Part shown: positions 35,852 through 44,864 of the stretch, one piece after another
Layout of the letters: each line of letters begins with the position of its first letter
Position numbering within the stretch: position 1 is the stretch's first letter
NCBI GenBank assembly: GCA_035529635.1
Contig: DATKWJ010000018.1
Span: 3,823-67,822 of the forward strand
Direction of reading: 5' to 3'
Origin: Patescibacteria group bacterium
Lineage (GTDB): Bacteria > Patescibacteriota > Minisyncoccia > Minisyncoccales > RBG-13-42-11
DNA length: 64,000 bases
Notes under the pieces: model-generated
Seen by the model: the letters and a program-made list of their open reading frames with translations, nothing else
Database searches by the model: none
What the model was told of the DNA's origin: nothing
Position numbers and translations under genes: made by a program

Positions 35852-36784
35852 ATGAGCTTTTCAGTAGGTATAGTCGGACTGCCCAATGTCGGCAAGTCTA
35901 CTCTCTTCAAAGCGCTTACCAGAATCAAGGTAGACATCAAGGATTATCCCTTTACCACCATTCATCCCAATGTGGGAATAATTAAAATTCCCGATGAAAG
36001 ATTGGATAAAATCGCCTCAATCATCAAGCCGGAAAAGATAAGTCCAACCGTCATTGAATTCATAGACATAGCCGGACTGGTAAAAGGAGCCCACAAAGGA
36101 GAAGGACTGGGAAATCAATTTCTGGCTCAAATCAGAAACTGCCAGGCGATTTTGGAAGTAATCAAGGGCTTTGAAAATAAAAATGCGGCAAACGTCGCAG
36201 ATGAAATAAATCCAGAAAGAGACATTGAAACGATAAAAACCGAACTTGAATTGAAAGACCTGGAGATCGAAGAGAGAAAGCTTTCTTCTTCCCCTTCCAT
36301 TAAAATTCAGGAAAGCAGTGAAAAAGAAAATCTTTTAAGCGAGAAACCGATCATTTATCTTTTGAACACCGACGGCCGCAGCCGGTATCAGGCGCCGAAA
36401 GACGGCTATCTGGAGATGAATTTGAAGGAGGAGGAAGAAATTTCGGAACTGTCGGCCGAAGAGAAAGACGAACTCAAAGTGCAGTCAAAACTTGACCGAT
36501 TGATTATTGACTGCTACAATATTCTTGATTTGATTACTTTTTTCACGGTGGCCGGCCTGAAAGAAACCAGGGCTTGGACTCTGAAAAAAGGTTCAACCGT
36601 CCGGCAGGCCGCGGGCTTGGTCCATTCCGATTTTCAAGAGAAGTTCATTAAGGCGGAAGTAATCAACTGGCAAAAGCTGGTTGAAGCCGGCAGTTGGCAC
36701 AAGGCAAGAGAACTGGGCTGGCTCAGAATAGCCGGCCAGGATTATCTCGTCCAAGACGGCGACGTAATTGAATTCAAAATCTGA
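35852..36784 (+). CDS. ychF: redox-regulated ATPase YchF (short form)
   Basis: GIVGLPNVGKSTLFKALT, DIAGLVKGAHKGEGLGNQFL, and a C-terminal TGS-like segment (…GDVIEFKI). It is 310 aa. Confidence 0.88.
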   Translation: MSFSVGIVGLPNVGKSTLFKALTRIKVDIKDYPFTTIHPNVGIIKIPDERLDKIASIIKPEKISPTVIEFIDIAGLVKGAHKGEGLGNQFLAQIRNCQAILEVIKGFENKNAANVADEINPERDIETIKTELELKDLEIEERKLSSSPSIKIQESSEKENLLSEKPIIYLLNTDGRSRYQAPKDGYLEMNLKEEEEISELSAEEKDELKVQSKLDRLIIDCYNILDLITFFTVAGLKETRAWTLKKGSTVRQAAGLVHSDFQEKFIKAEVINWQKLVEAGSWHKARELGWLRIAGQDYLVQDGDVIEFKI

Positions 36785-36791
36785 AAATAAC

Positions 36792-37223
36792 ATGAAGCCA
36801 TACGAATTAACTTATCTGATATCGTCCGAAGTTTCCGAAGAAGAAGCAACGGCAATCCAAAATAAAATCATTTCTTTAATTCAGGAAAAAGAAGGTTTTT
36901 CAGCTGAAGGAAAACCGCCATTTAAGAAAAGGCTGGCTTATTCGGTACAGGGACAACCTCAAGCATACCTGGCCGTCCTTAATTTTCAAATGGTGCCGGA
37001 AAAATTGGCTGGTTTGGAAAAGGAATTAAAAGAGGAAAAACGGATTCTGCGCTATTTAATACTGGTTAAACCGCCAGTTAAGAAAGAAAAAGCCGTCCGC
37101 CGCCCCAGAAAGACGGTAGCTGACAAAGAAGGCGAACTTCGCCCGATTTTATCCGAAGAAGAGAAAAAAGTCGAACTTAAAGAAATCGAGAAAAAGCTCG
37201 ATGAAATACTTAAAGAAGAATGA
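36792..37223 (+). CDS. rpsF: 30S ribosomal protein S6
   Basis: MKPYELTYLIS… lies upstream of ssb-rpsR, the conserved rpsF-ssb-rpsR order. The track start is 36768; the ATG at 36792 is preferred. Confidence 0.85.
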   Translation: MKPYELTYLISSEVSEEEATAIQNKIISLIQEKEGFSAEGKPPFKKRLAYSVQGQPQAYLAVLNFQMVPEKLAGLEKELKEEKRILRYLILVKPPVKKEKAVRRPRKTVADKEGELRPILSEEEKKVELKEIEKKLDEILKEE

Positions 37224-37675
37224 ATTACAATAAAGTAATTTTAGTCGGCCGACTGACCCGCGACCCTGAAAACAAAGTCCTGCCTTCGGGACAATCTTTG
37301 ACTTCTTTCGGTATGGCCACCGACCGTTTTTTTACCGACAAAAACGGCCAGAAACAGCAGCAGACTGAATTCCACAATATCGTTCTTTTCGGAAAATTGG
37401 CCGATATCGCCGTTCAATACATGAATAAAGGTTCCTTGGTTTTAATAGAAGGCAGATTGCAAACAAGAAGCTGGCAGGACCAAAACGGCGTTAAAAAATA
37501 CAGAACCGAAATAATCGCCGAAAGGCTGCAATTAGGACCGAAATCAGCCAAGTTTGCTTCTCAAGAAGCGGGGCCAGTCAGAAACGAATCCAAACAGAAC
37601 GAACAAAACGGACAAGAAAACATTCCCGTTATTGAAGAAGAACAAGAAATTAACATAAAAGACATTCCTTTTTAG
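37220..37675 (+). CDS. ssb: single-stranded DNA-binding protein
   Basis: MNYNKVILVGRLTRDPE…TEFHNIVLFGKLA… with the acidic C-terminal tip DIPF. Confidence 0.92.
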   Translation: MNYNKVILVGRLTRDPENKVLPSGQSLTSFGMATDRFFTDKNGQKQQQTEFHNIVLFGKLADIAVQYMNKGSLVLIEGRLQTRSWQDQNGVKKYRTEIIAERLQLGPKSAKFASQEAGPVRNESKQNEQNGQENIPVIEEEQEINIKDIPF

Positions 37676-37681
37676 AAATTT

Positions 37682-37903
37682 TTGCTTATGGAGTGCTATT
37701 TTTGTCAAAGAAACATAAAGAATATCGATTTCAAAGAAACGCAGATTTTGCGTAAATTCATTTCGGCTTCGGGAAAAATCAGGCCGAAAAAAAGAACCGG
37801 CGTTTGTTCCGGTCACCAAAGAAAACTGGCCAGAGCGATAAAAAGAGCCAGATATTTAGCTCTCCTTTCACCGACTTCTTCCTTAACGGATCGAAGACCT
37901 TAA
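37682..37903 (+). CDS. rpsR: 30S ribosomal protein S18
   Basis: CYFCQRNIKNIDFKETQILRKFISASGKIRPKKRTGVCSGHQRKLARAIKRARYLALL. Confidence 0.92.
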   Translation: MLMECYFCQRNIKNIDFKETQILRKFISASGKIRPKKRTGVCSGHQRKLARAIKRARYLALLSPTSSLTDRRP

Positions 37904-37933
37904 CGGATCGAAAATAGATAAGATTGTCTTTTT

Positions 37934-38926
37934 TTATTCTTTAAACAACAACCCTTTGATTTTTTCGGCAATTTTGGGGTTTTCCCTTAAAAATTCCTTG
38001 CTCGCCTCCATACCCTGACCTAGCCGCGTTTCCTCGAATTGAAGCCAACTGCCGGCTTTTTTTATTACTTCGGATTTAATGCCGGCATTCAAAACGTCTC
38101 CGAAATAAGAAATTCCTTCATTGTAAAAAATATCGAACTCCGCCACCTTGAAAGGCGGGGCAACTTTGTTTTTGACGATTTTCGCCTTGTGCCGGCCGCC
38201 GATAATTTCATCGCCCCTTTTTACCTGGGCGATTCTTCTTAAGTCTATTCTGACGGAAGCGTAAAATTTCAAGGCAAGGCCGCCGGGCGTGGTCTCCGGA
38301 TTGCCGAACATTATTCCTATTTTCATTCTGGTTTGGTTCAAAAAAATGACGACTGTTTTCGTCTTGGCGATAATGCCCGACAGTTTTCTTAAAGCCTGGC
38401 TCATCAGGCGGGCTTGCAAACCGATTTGGAATTCGCCCATTTCCCCGGCAATTTCGTTCTGAGGAACTAGAGCTGCGACCGAATCAATCACGATTACGTC
38501 GACTTCCCCAGACCTGACCAGAGTTTCCAAAATTTGCAGGGCTTGTTCACCGGAATCCGGCTGGGAAATCAACAAATCATCGGTGTTAACACCGATTCTT
38601 TTGGCGTAATCCGGATCCATGGCGTGTTCCGCATCGATAAAAGCAGCCGCACCTCCCTTTTTCTGCGCTTCGGCCAAAACATGCAAAGCTAATGTTGTTT
38701 TTCCACTCGATTCCGGACCGAAAATTTCAATGACTCTGCCACGGGGGACTCCTCCTATTCCCAAAGCCAAATCCAAAGAAATGGAACCGGTTGAAATCGA
38801 ATCGATATCAACCGCTTTGACTTCTTTCAATTTCATGATGGCGCCCTCTCCGAAACGCTGTTTGATTTCATCGATCGCTTCCTGGAGATTGCCAGCATTC
38901 TTTTTCTCAGTTTTTTTCTTTGACAT
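37934..38926 (-). CDS. recA: recombinase RecA
   Basis: [12 protein letters not shown] Walker A, AFIDAEHA, and the L2 loop [20 protein letters not shown]. Confidence 0.98.
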   Translation of the reverse strand: MSKKKTEKKNAGNLQEAIDEIKQRFGEGAIMKLKEVKAVDIDSISTGSISLDLALGIGGVPRGRVIEIFGPESSGKTTLALHVLAEAQKKGGAAAFIDAEHAMDPDYAKRIGVNTDDLLISQPDSGEQALQILETLVRSGEVDVIVIDSVAALVPQNEIAGEMGEFQIGLQARLMSQALRKLSGIIAKTKTVVIFLNQTRMKIGIMFGNPETTPGGLALKFYASVRIDLRRIAQVKRGDEIIGGRHKAKIVKNKVAPPFKVAEFDIFYNEGISYFGDVLNAGIKSEVIKKAGSWLQFEETRLGQGMEASKEFLRENPKIAEKIKGLLFKE

Positions 38927-38968
38927 GCTTTTATTATACTATATTTTTATCGCTGGCTGCCAATGATT

Positions 38969-41161
38969 TTAAACTTTTTCCCAATCTTCACCTTCGCCGA
39001 TTTCTTCACCTTCCGGCTGACTGTTATTGCCTTTGAACAAAATTTCCCTGGGTTTGGCCCCTTCACCTGGCCCGACTATGCCGTGTTCTTCAAGTATGTC
39101 CAATAACCTGGCGGCTCTGGCATAGCCGATTCTCAGTCTCCTTTGCAAAAAAGAGGCTGAACCCTTTTGGGCTTCAATGACTATTTTTTTCGCTTCGTTG
39201 TATAAAGGGTCATCCCCACCGTTGTCATCTTCAAAACCGCTTTTTCCTTCTCTGCCTTCCAGACTTTTTTCAAGGTCTTCGGCCAAATGATTTTCAAATA
39301 ATTCGACTTCCTGCCCGGCCAACCATTTTTCTTTCTGGATTTTGGTGTAATCGACCACTCTCCTCACTTCCTTTTCGGAAATATAAGAACCTTGGATTCT
39401 TTTAGGTTTCGAAATATCGGCTGAGATGAAAAGCAAATCTCCGGCTCCCAAAAGCTTTTCGGCGCCGGAAGTGTCCAGAACCGTCCGGCTGTCAATTTGG
39501 GAAGCCACCTGGAAGGTGACCCGGGAGGTGATATTGGCCTTAATCAAGCCGGTGATCACTTCGACTGACGGGCGTTGGGTGGCTACTACCAAATGAATGC
39601 CCACAGCTCTGGCCATCTGGGCCAATCTGACGATACCGGCTTCCATTTCCCTTCCTTTGGCCATCATCAAATCCGCCAATTCGTCAATAATCAAAACAAT
39701 GTAAGGTAAAGTCTTGCCTCCTTCTTTGGCGGTTTTTTCGTTATAACTGGCGATGTTCCTTGAACCGTTGACCGATAAAATATCGAATCTTTTTTCCATT
39801 TCGGTGATCAGCCATTTTAAGGCATTAATCGTCCTTTGAGGATCAAAGATGACCGGCGTCAGAAGATGAGGCAGGTCTTTATAGGCGGAAAATTCGACTC
39901 TTTTCGGGTCAATCAAAATAAATCTCAAATTGCCGGGTGAATTTTGGTAAAGCAGGCTTAAAATCAAAGAATTCAGAAAAATGGTTTTACCGGTGCCGGT
40001 TGCCCCGGCCACCAGCAAATGGGGCATTCTGGCCAAATCGGCATAACAGGGAAAACCGGAAACGTCTTTTCCCAGAACAACGTTCAAATTGGAAACGCTC
40101 TTTTGAAATTGAGGGTTGGCAATCAAATCCCTCAATCTTATCTGGCATCTGACTTTATTAGGTACTTCAATACCGACCAAGGACTTGCCAGGTATGGGTG
40201 CCTCAATTCTTATGGGATGACTAGCTAAAGCCAAGGAAAAATTGTTTGAAAGGGCGGTAATTTTAGAAAGTTTGATGCCTTCAGCCGGCTTCAAAGTATA
40301 TTGGGTTACGGTCGGACCGATATTAATTTCCGACATTTCCACCGGTAAGCCGAAGTTCTCCAAAGTTTTTTTGATAATCGCCGAGTTGGTGACGATGTCG
40401 CCGGCCGCAGCCTTTCCTTTGTCGGTCTCTAATAATTCCAAAGGTGGCAGCTTGTATTTTTCCCCGTTCAAAAAAGCGGCCGGCACTTCTTTGCTCTTCA
40501 ATTCCAAAACCGGCTCCTCTAACTTGACCAGAGCTTCTTTTATTTTAGGTTCGATTTCTTTAATTTTGAATTTCGGCAGGAAAATCTTCTTCATCAAAGA
40601 CGGCTCTTTAGCCGCTGCTTCCGGAGTTTCCTTTGTCCCGGTAATTTCCTTGGTTTTCGGCCCTTTAATCAAATGCCAGAAAATAAAACCGCCGATGAGG
40701 ATTACGCCGCCGAAAACTATCCGGGAAACCAAAACTCCGAAAAATTGCCGGAAAGGCAAAGCCAGAATGTATCCCAGCCAGCCTCCTTCTTTTATTTCCG
40801 ATCCCAGGGGTTTCAAGCTTTCAAGAAATCCGGCCAAGCCGGCCACCGAAATGAAAATGGCCAGAACCGTTGAGGAAAAGATTTTTCGGTATTTGGCGTT
40901 CAAAAGAACCAAACCCGCTAAGACCAAAACCAGGGGAATAATAAAAAGCGCCTTGCCGATTAAAAAATCAATGACTTTCAGCAAGGCGGAGCCAGCGATG
41001 CCGGCCCGACCGAAAAAGCTCAAAACAACGATTATGGCCAAAATGAAAACAATCAGTCCTAGAACTTTTTTTCTGATTTCTTCCGGCAGAAAAAAAATAT
41101 TCGGTCTTTTCTTTTTGAACGGAGGTTTTTTATTGTTTTTGGATTTCTTCTTTTTAGCCAT
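38969..41161 (-). CDS. ftsK: DNA translocase FtsK/SpoIIIE
   Basis: 730 aa. It has N-terminal TM helices, LVAGATGTGKT, IIDELADLM, and a C-terminal gamma winged-helix (ASFLQRRLRIGYARAARLLD). Confidence 0.95.
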   Translation of the reverse strand: MAKKKKSKNNKKPPFKKKRPNIFFLPEEIRKKVLGLIVFILAIIVVLSFFGRAGIAGSALLKVIDFLIGKALFIIPLVLVLAGLVLLNAKYRKIFSSTVLAIFISVAGLAGFLESLKPLGSEIKEGGWLGYILALPFRQFFGVLVSRIVFGGVILIGGFIFWHLIKGPKTKEITGTKETPEAAAKEPSLMKKIFLPKFKIKEIEPKIKEALVKLEEPVLELKSKEVPAAFLNGEKYKLPPLELLETDKGKAAAGDIVTNSAIIKKTLENFGLPVEMSEINIGPTVTQYTLKPAEGIKLSKITALSNNFSLALASHPIRIEAPIPGKSLVGIEVPNKVRCQIRLRDLIANPQFQKSVSNLNVVLGKDVSGFPCYADLARMPHLLVAGATGTGKTIFLNSLILSLLYQNSPGNLRFILIDPKRVEFSAYKDLPHLLTPVIFDPQRTINALKWLITEMEKRFDILSVNGSRNIASYNEKTAKEGGKTLPYIVLIIDELADLMMAKGREMEAGIVRLAQMARAVGIHLVVATQRPSVEVITGLIKANITSRVTFQVASQIDSRTVLDTSGAEKLLGAGDLLFISADISKPKRIQGSYISEKEVRRVVDYTKIQKEKWLAGQEVELFENHLAEDLEKSLEGREGKSGFEDDNGGDDPLYNEAKKIVIEAQKGSASFLQRRLRIGYARAARLLDILEEHGIVGPGEGAKPREILFKGNNSQPEGEEIGEGEDWEKV

Positions 41162-41201
41162 TTATTCTATTATATACCAAACTTCCCTGCCGCCCAAATC
41201 C

Positions 41202-44200
41202 CTATTTCTTTTCTTTCCTAAAACCGGTGCCGGCCGGTATGAGTTTTCCCATGACCACGTTCTCTTTCAATCCCCTGAGCTTATCTTCTTTGCCTTCCAG
41301 GGCCGCTTTGATCAGAACCCGCGATGTTTCCTGGAAGGAAGCTGCCGAAAGGAAACTATCGGTAGTCAAAGCGACTTTAGAAATTCCCAATAATATGGCA
41401 TTCCCCTTGGCCGGTTTCTTTTTCTCCTTTTTCAACCGGTCGTTCTCTTCCAAAAACTTGGATCTCTCGACGACTTCCCCGACGGAGAAGAAAGAATCTT
41501 CCGTCTCCTTGATTTTTATCCTGGAAAACATCTGGCGGCAGATTACCTCGATATGCTTGTCATGAATGACGGCTCCCTGGGAAACGTAAATCTTCTGTAT
41601 TTCTTTAATGATGTAGCGCTGAGTTTCTTCCTCGCCCACTAATTTGAACAAATCTTTCAATTCCAAACTTCCTTCGCAAAGCTGCTGGCCTTTTTTGACT
41701 TCTTGACCGACTTCAACCCAAATTGCCGATTTTAAGGGAACTTCGTATTCCACGATTTCCGATTTTTTAGCGGTTGCCTTGGATTTCGCCTTGCTTGTTT
41801 TAACTTTGGCGGAAACGGGATTCTTGGCTTTTATTTTGATTATCCTGTCCTGGGTTATTTCCAGAACTTTTCCGTCAGTATTCGACATTTCCGCTTTGCC
41901 TCCGGGCACTCTTGTTTCAAATATCTCCTGAACCCGCGGCAAACCCATGGTAATGTCGCCGCCGCCGGCCACGCCGCCCGTATGGAAAGTTCTCATGGTC
42001 AGCTGAGTGCCCGGTTCGCCGATTGACTGGGCAGCGACGATTCCGATGGCTTCTCCCAGTTTTACCAACTGATTGTTGCCGAGATCCCAGCCGTAGCATT
42101 TCTGGCAAACACCCCTGACAGACTGGCAGCTCAAAGGAGATCTTACTCTGACTTCTTCAATGCCAGCCGAGCTTATTTTTTCGGCTTTTTCCCAATCAAT
42201 GATTTCCCCCTCTTTACAGATTCCCTTGATATTTTCCAAATTGACCCTGCCTAAGATTTTATAAATGAAATTCTGGCCGAGTTCGTCGGCATCTTTTTTC
42301 CGGATAATGAATCCTTCTTTGTCGCCGCAATCTTCCTCCATGACTATGATTTCATGGCTGACGTCAACCAATCTTCTGGTCAAATAGCCGGCTGTGGAAG
42401 TCCGCAGAGCGGTATCAGCCGTTCCTTTTCTGGCTCCGTGGGTGGAGATGAAATATTCCAAAACGTCAAAACCCTCCTTAAAGGAGCTTTTAACGGGCAA
42501 CTCTATGATTTGTCCGGCCGGGTTGATCACTAAGCCCTTCATGCCGGACATCTGGACGGGCTGGCCCCAGGATCCCTTTGCTCCGGAATCGATAATCTGG
42601 AAAACCGAACCGTCCTGAGGCAGGGTTTTCGGAACCAATTCCTCGATTTTCGTTTTCACCCTGCTCCAAATTTCAATTATTTTAGAAGTTTTTTCATCTT
42701 TGGAAAGCAATCCTTTTTTGAAATGCCCTTCGATCTCTTCCACTTCTTTCTCCGCTTTTTCCATGATGCCTTCTTTTTCCGGAGGAATAATCAAATCATC
42801 CATGCCCCAGGAAATTCCCGACCAGGTGGAATATTCAAAACCCAGTTCTTTTATTTTATCCAAGGTTTCTTCCGCTTGCTGGACGCCGTATTTTTCGATG
42901 ACTTGCCTGATAATCATTCCCAAATCTTTGTTTTTTATCAGCTTGTTCTGGAAAGGAAAATCTTGAGGAAAAACTTCATTGAAAAGAAGACGGCCGACGC
43001 TGGTTTCAACGGCTGATGCTGATGGTGCTTTGGCGGCGTGGCCGAAAGCGCCAGCCAGTATCCTGATTTTCGCTCTTAAATCAATATCACCGAACTCGCA
43101 GGCGAGAATTGTCTCTTGTTTGTTGCCGAATATCTTATTTTCGCCTTTGACTCCTTCTATTATCTTAGTCAAAGAATAACAGCCCAGAATAATATCCTGG
43201 TCAGTACTGACAACCGGCGTGCCGATAGCCGGTTTCAATAAATTAAGGGTGGACAGCATGATTTCTTTGGCTTCTTTCTGGGCTTTTTCGGAAAGCGGCA
43301 GATGGACCGCCATCTGGTCTCCGTCAAAGTCAGCGTTAAAAGCTTTACAAACCATCGGATGAATTCTGATCGATTCTCCTTCTATCAATCTCGGATAAAA
43401 CGCCTGGATTCCCAATTTATGGAGAGTGGGGGCCCGGTTCAGCAGAACAAGCTTGTCCTTGACCACTTCTTCCAAGCTCGCCCAAACTTCGTCCGTCCTT
43501 TCTTCAATCAACCTGGAAGCTGATCTGACGTTATAAACCAGCTCTTTGTCCAGCAGTTTCTTAATGACAAAAGGCTTGAAAAGCTCCAAAGCCATTTTTT
43601 TGGGAATTCCCACTTCATTAAGCTTCAATTCAGGACCAACCACGATGACCGACCGGCCGGAATAATCCACCCTTTTACCCAAAAGATTCTGGCGGAATCT
43701 TCCCTGTTTTCCTTTGAGTATATCGGCCAATGATTTGAGCAGTCTCTTGCCGCCGGTGGTAGCGATGGTCATCGTCCCTTTTCTCATGCCATTGTCAATT
43801 AAAGCGTCGACTGCTTCCTGAAGCATTCTTTTTTCGTTTCTGACTATAACTTCCGGAGAACCGATTTCCAAAAGGTATTTCAGCCGGTTATTCCTATTGA
43901 TGACTCTCCTATAAAGGTCGTTCAAATCGGAAGAAGCGTAGCGGCCGCCGTCCAATTGGACCATGGGCCGCAAATCCGGAGGCAAAACCGGCAAAATGGT
44001 CAAGAACATCCATTCGGGCCGTAAGCCCAATCTTGACATATTCTGGAAAATTTTCAGCCGGGCCAAAATCTTCCTTCTGGCGGCCGAGGGCGCCGCCGGA
44101 AAGGCGGAAGCGTCTTTCCGTCCGGCCGAACGGACAATTTCCAATTCTTTTTTCAGTTCTTCTATTTTTTTCTTTAAATTCATTTTTTCAAAAATCTTCG

Positions 44201-44858
44201 TCAGAGCTTCGCCTCCGGTTTCAGCCTCGAAAACCTCCCCGTATTTCAAAGAAAGCCGGTGATAATCGTTTTCCGACAGAATTTTCAAAGGTTTCAAATT
44301 AACTACCTCTTCGACAGCCGAATCCTTGGCTGCTTTCAAATCGCCCAGTTTGATTTTAACCGCTGAGGCGGACTTCTGCCCTTTTACCTTGGCTTTGTAT
44401 TCTTTTTCGATTTCTTCCAGAACTTTCTTTTTGGCGTCTTCATTGCAATTGGTAATAATGTAAGAAGCGAAATAAATCACTTTTTCCATCTGCTGCATCG
44501 GTATATCCAAAATCATGCTCATCCTGGAAGGCAATCCTCTTAAAAACCAGATATGAGAACAAGGGCTGGCCAGTTTAATGTGCCCCATTCTTTCCCTTCT
44601 CACCTGAGCTTTGGTCACTTCCACCCCGCACCTGTCACAGATAATGCCTTTATAGCGGATTCTCTTATATTTGCCGCAGTAGCATTCGTAATCTTTGGTC
44701 GGCCCGAAAATCTTTTCGCAAAACAAACCGTCTTTCTCAGATCTCTGAGTCCGATAGTTTATGGTTTCCGGTTTGGTCACCTCGCCATTGGACCAATCCA
44801 AAATTTCTTCCGGCGAGGCTAATTTTATTCTTATGGCTTCTAAATCTTGTACGCGCAT
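41202..44858 (-). CDS. rpoC: DNA-directed RNA polymerase subunit beta'
   Basis: 1218 aa with the NADFDGDQMAVH catalytic motif and the zinc-binding CYCGKYKRIRYKGIICDRCG. Confidence 0.98.
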   Translation of the reverse strand: MRVQDLEAIRIKLASPEEILDWSNGEVTKPETINYRTQRSEKDGLFCEKIFGPTKDYECYCGKYKRIRYKGIICDRCGVEVTKAQVRRERMGHIKLASPCSHIWFLRGLPSRMSMILDIPMQQMEKVIYFASYIITNCNEDAKKKVLEEIEKEYKAKVKGQKSASAVKIKLGDLKAAKDSAVEEVVNLKPLKILSENDYHRLSLKYGEVFEAETGGEALTKIFEKMNLKKKIEELKKELEIVRSAGRKDASAFPAAPSAARRKILARLKIFQNMSRLGLRPEWMFLTILPVLPPDLRPMVQLDGGRYASSDLNDLYRRVINRNNRLKYLLEIGSPEVIVRNEKRMLQEAVDALIDNGMRKGTMTIATTGGKRLLKSLADILKGKQGRFRQNLLGKRVDYSGRSVIVVGPELKLNEVGIPKKMALELFKPFVIKKLLDKELVYNVRSASRLIEERTDEVWASLEEVVKDKLVLLNRAPTLHKLGIQAFYPRLIEGESIRIHPMVCKAFNADFDGDQMAVHLPLSEKAQKEAKEIMLSTLNLLKPAIGTPVVSTDQDIILGCYSLTKIIEGVKGENKIFGNKQETILACEFGDIDLRAKIRILAGAFGHAAKAPSASAVETSVGRLLFNEVFPQDFPFQNKLIKNKDLGMIIRQVIEKYGVQQAEETLDKIKELGFEYSTWSGISWGMDDLIIPPEKEGIMEKAEKEVEEIEGHFKKGLLSKDEKTSKIIEIWSRVKTKIEELVPKTLPQDGSVFQIIDSGAKGSWGQPVQMSGMKGLVINPAGQIIELPVKSSFKEGFDVLEYFISTHGARKGTADTALRTSTAGYLTRRLVDVSHEIIVMEEDCGDKEGFIIRKKDADELGQNFIYKILGRVNLENIKGICKEGEIIDWEKAEKISSAGIEEVRVRSPLSCQSVRGVCQKCYGWDLGNNQLVKLGEAIGIVAAQSIGEPGTQLTMRTFHTGGVAGGGDITMGLPRVQEIFETRVPGGKAEMSNTDGKVLEITQDRIIKIKAKNPVSAKVKTSKAKSKATAKKSEIVEYEVPLKSAIWVEVGQEVKKGQQLCEGSLELKDLFKLVGEEETQRYIIKEIQKIYVSQGAVIHDKHIEVICRQMFSRIKIKETEDSFFSVGEVVERSKFLEENDRLKKEKKKPAKGNAILLGISKVALTTDSFLSAASFQETSRVLIKAALEGKEDKLRGLKENVVMGKLIPAGTGFRKEKK

Positions 44859-44864
44859 ATTTTT

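Noticed and set aside
40242-41393. 383-aa + strand ORF, the longest non-annotated ORF in the track
   Set aside because: It lies entirely antisense to ftsK and the rpoC 3' end. The sequence is low-complexity (S/K/P/F-rich) with no motifs. The opposite strand carries unmistakable FtsK motifs, so this is a shadow ORF.
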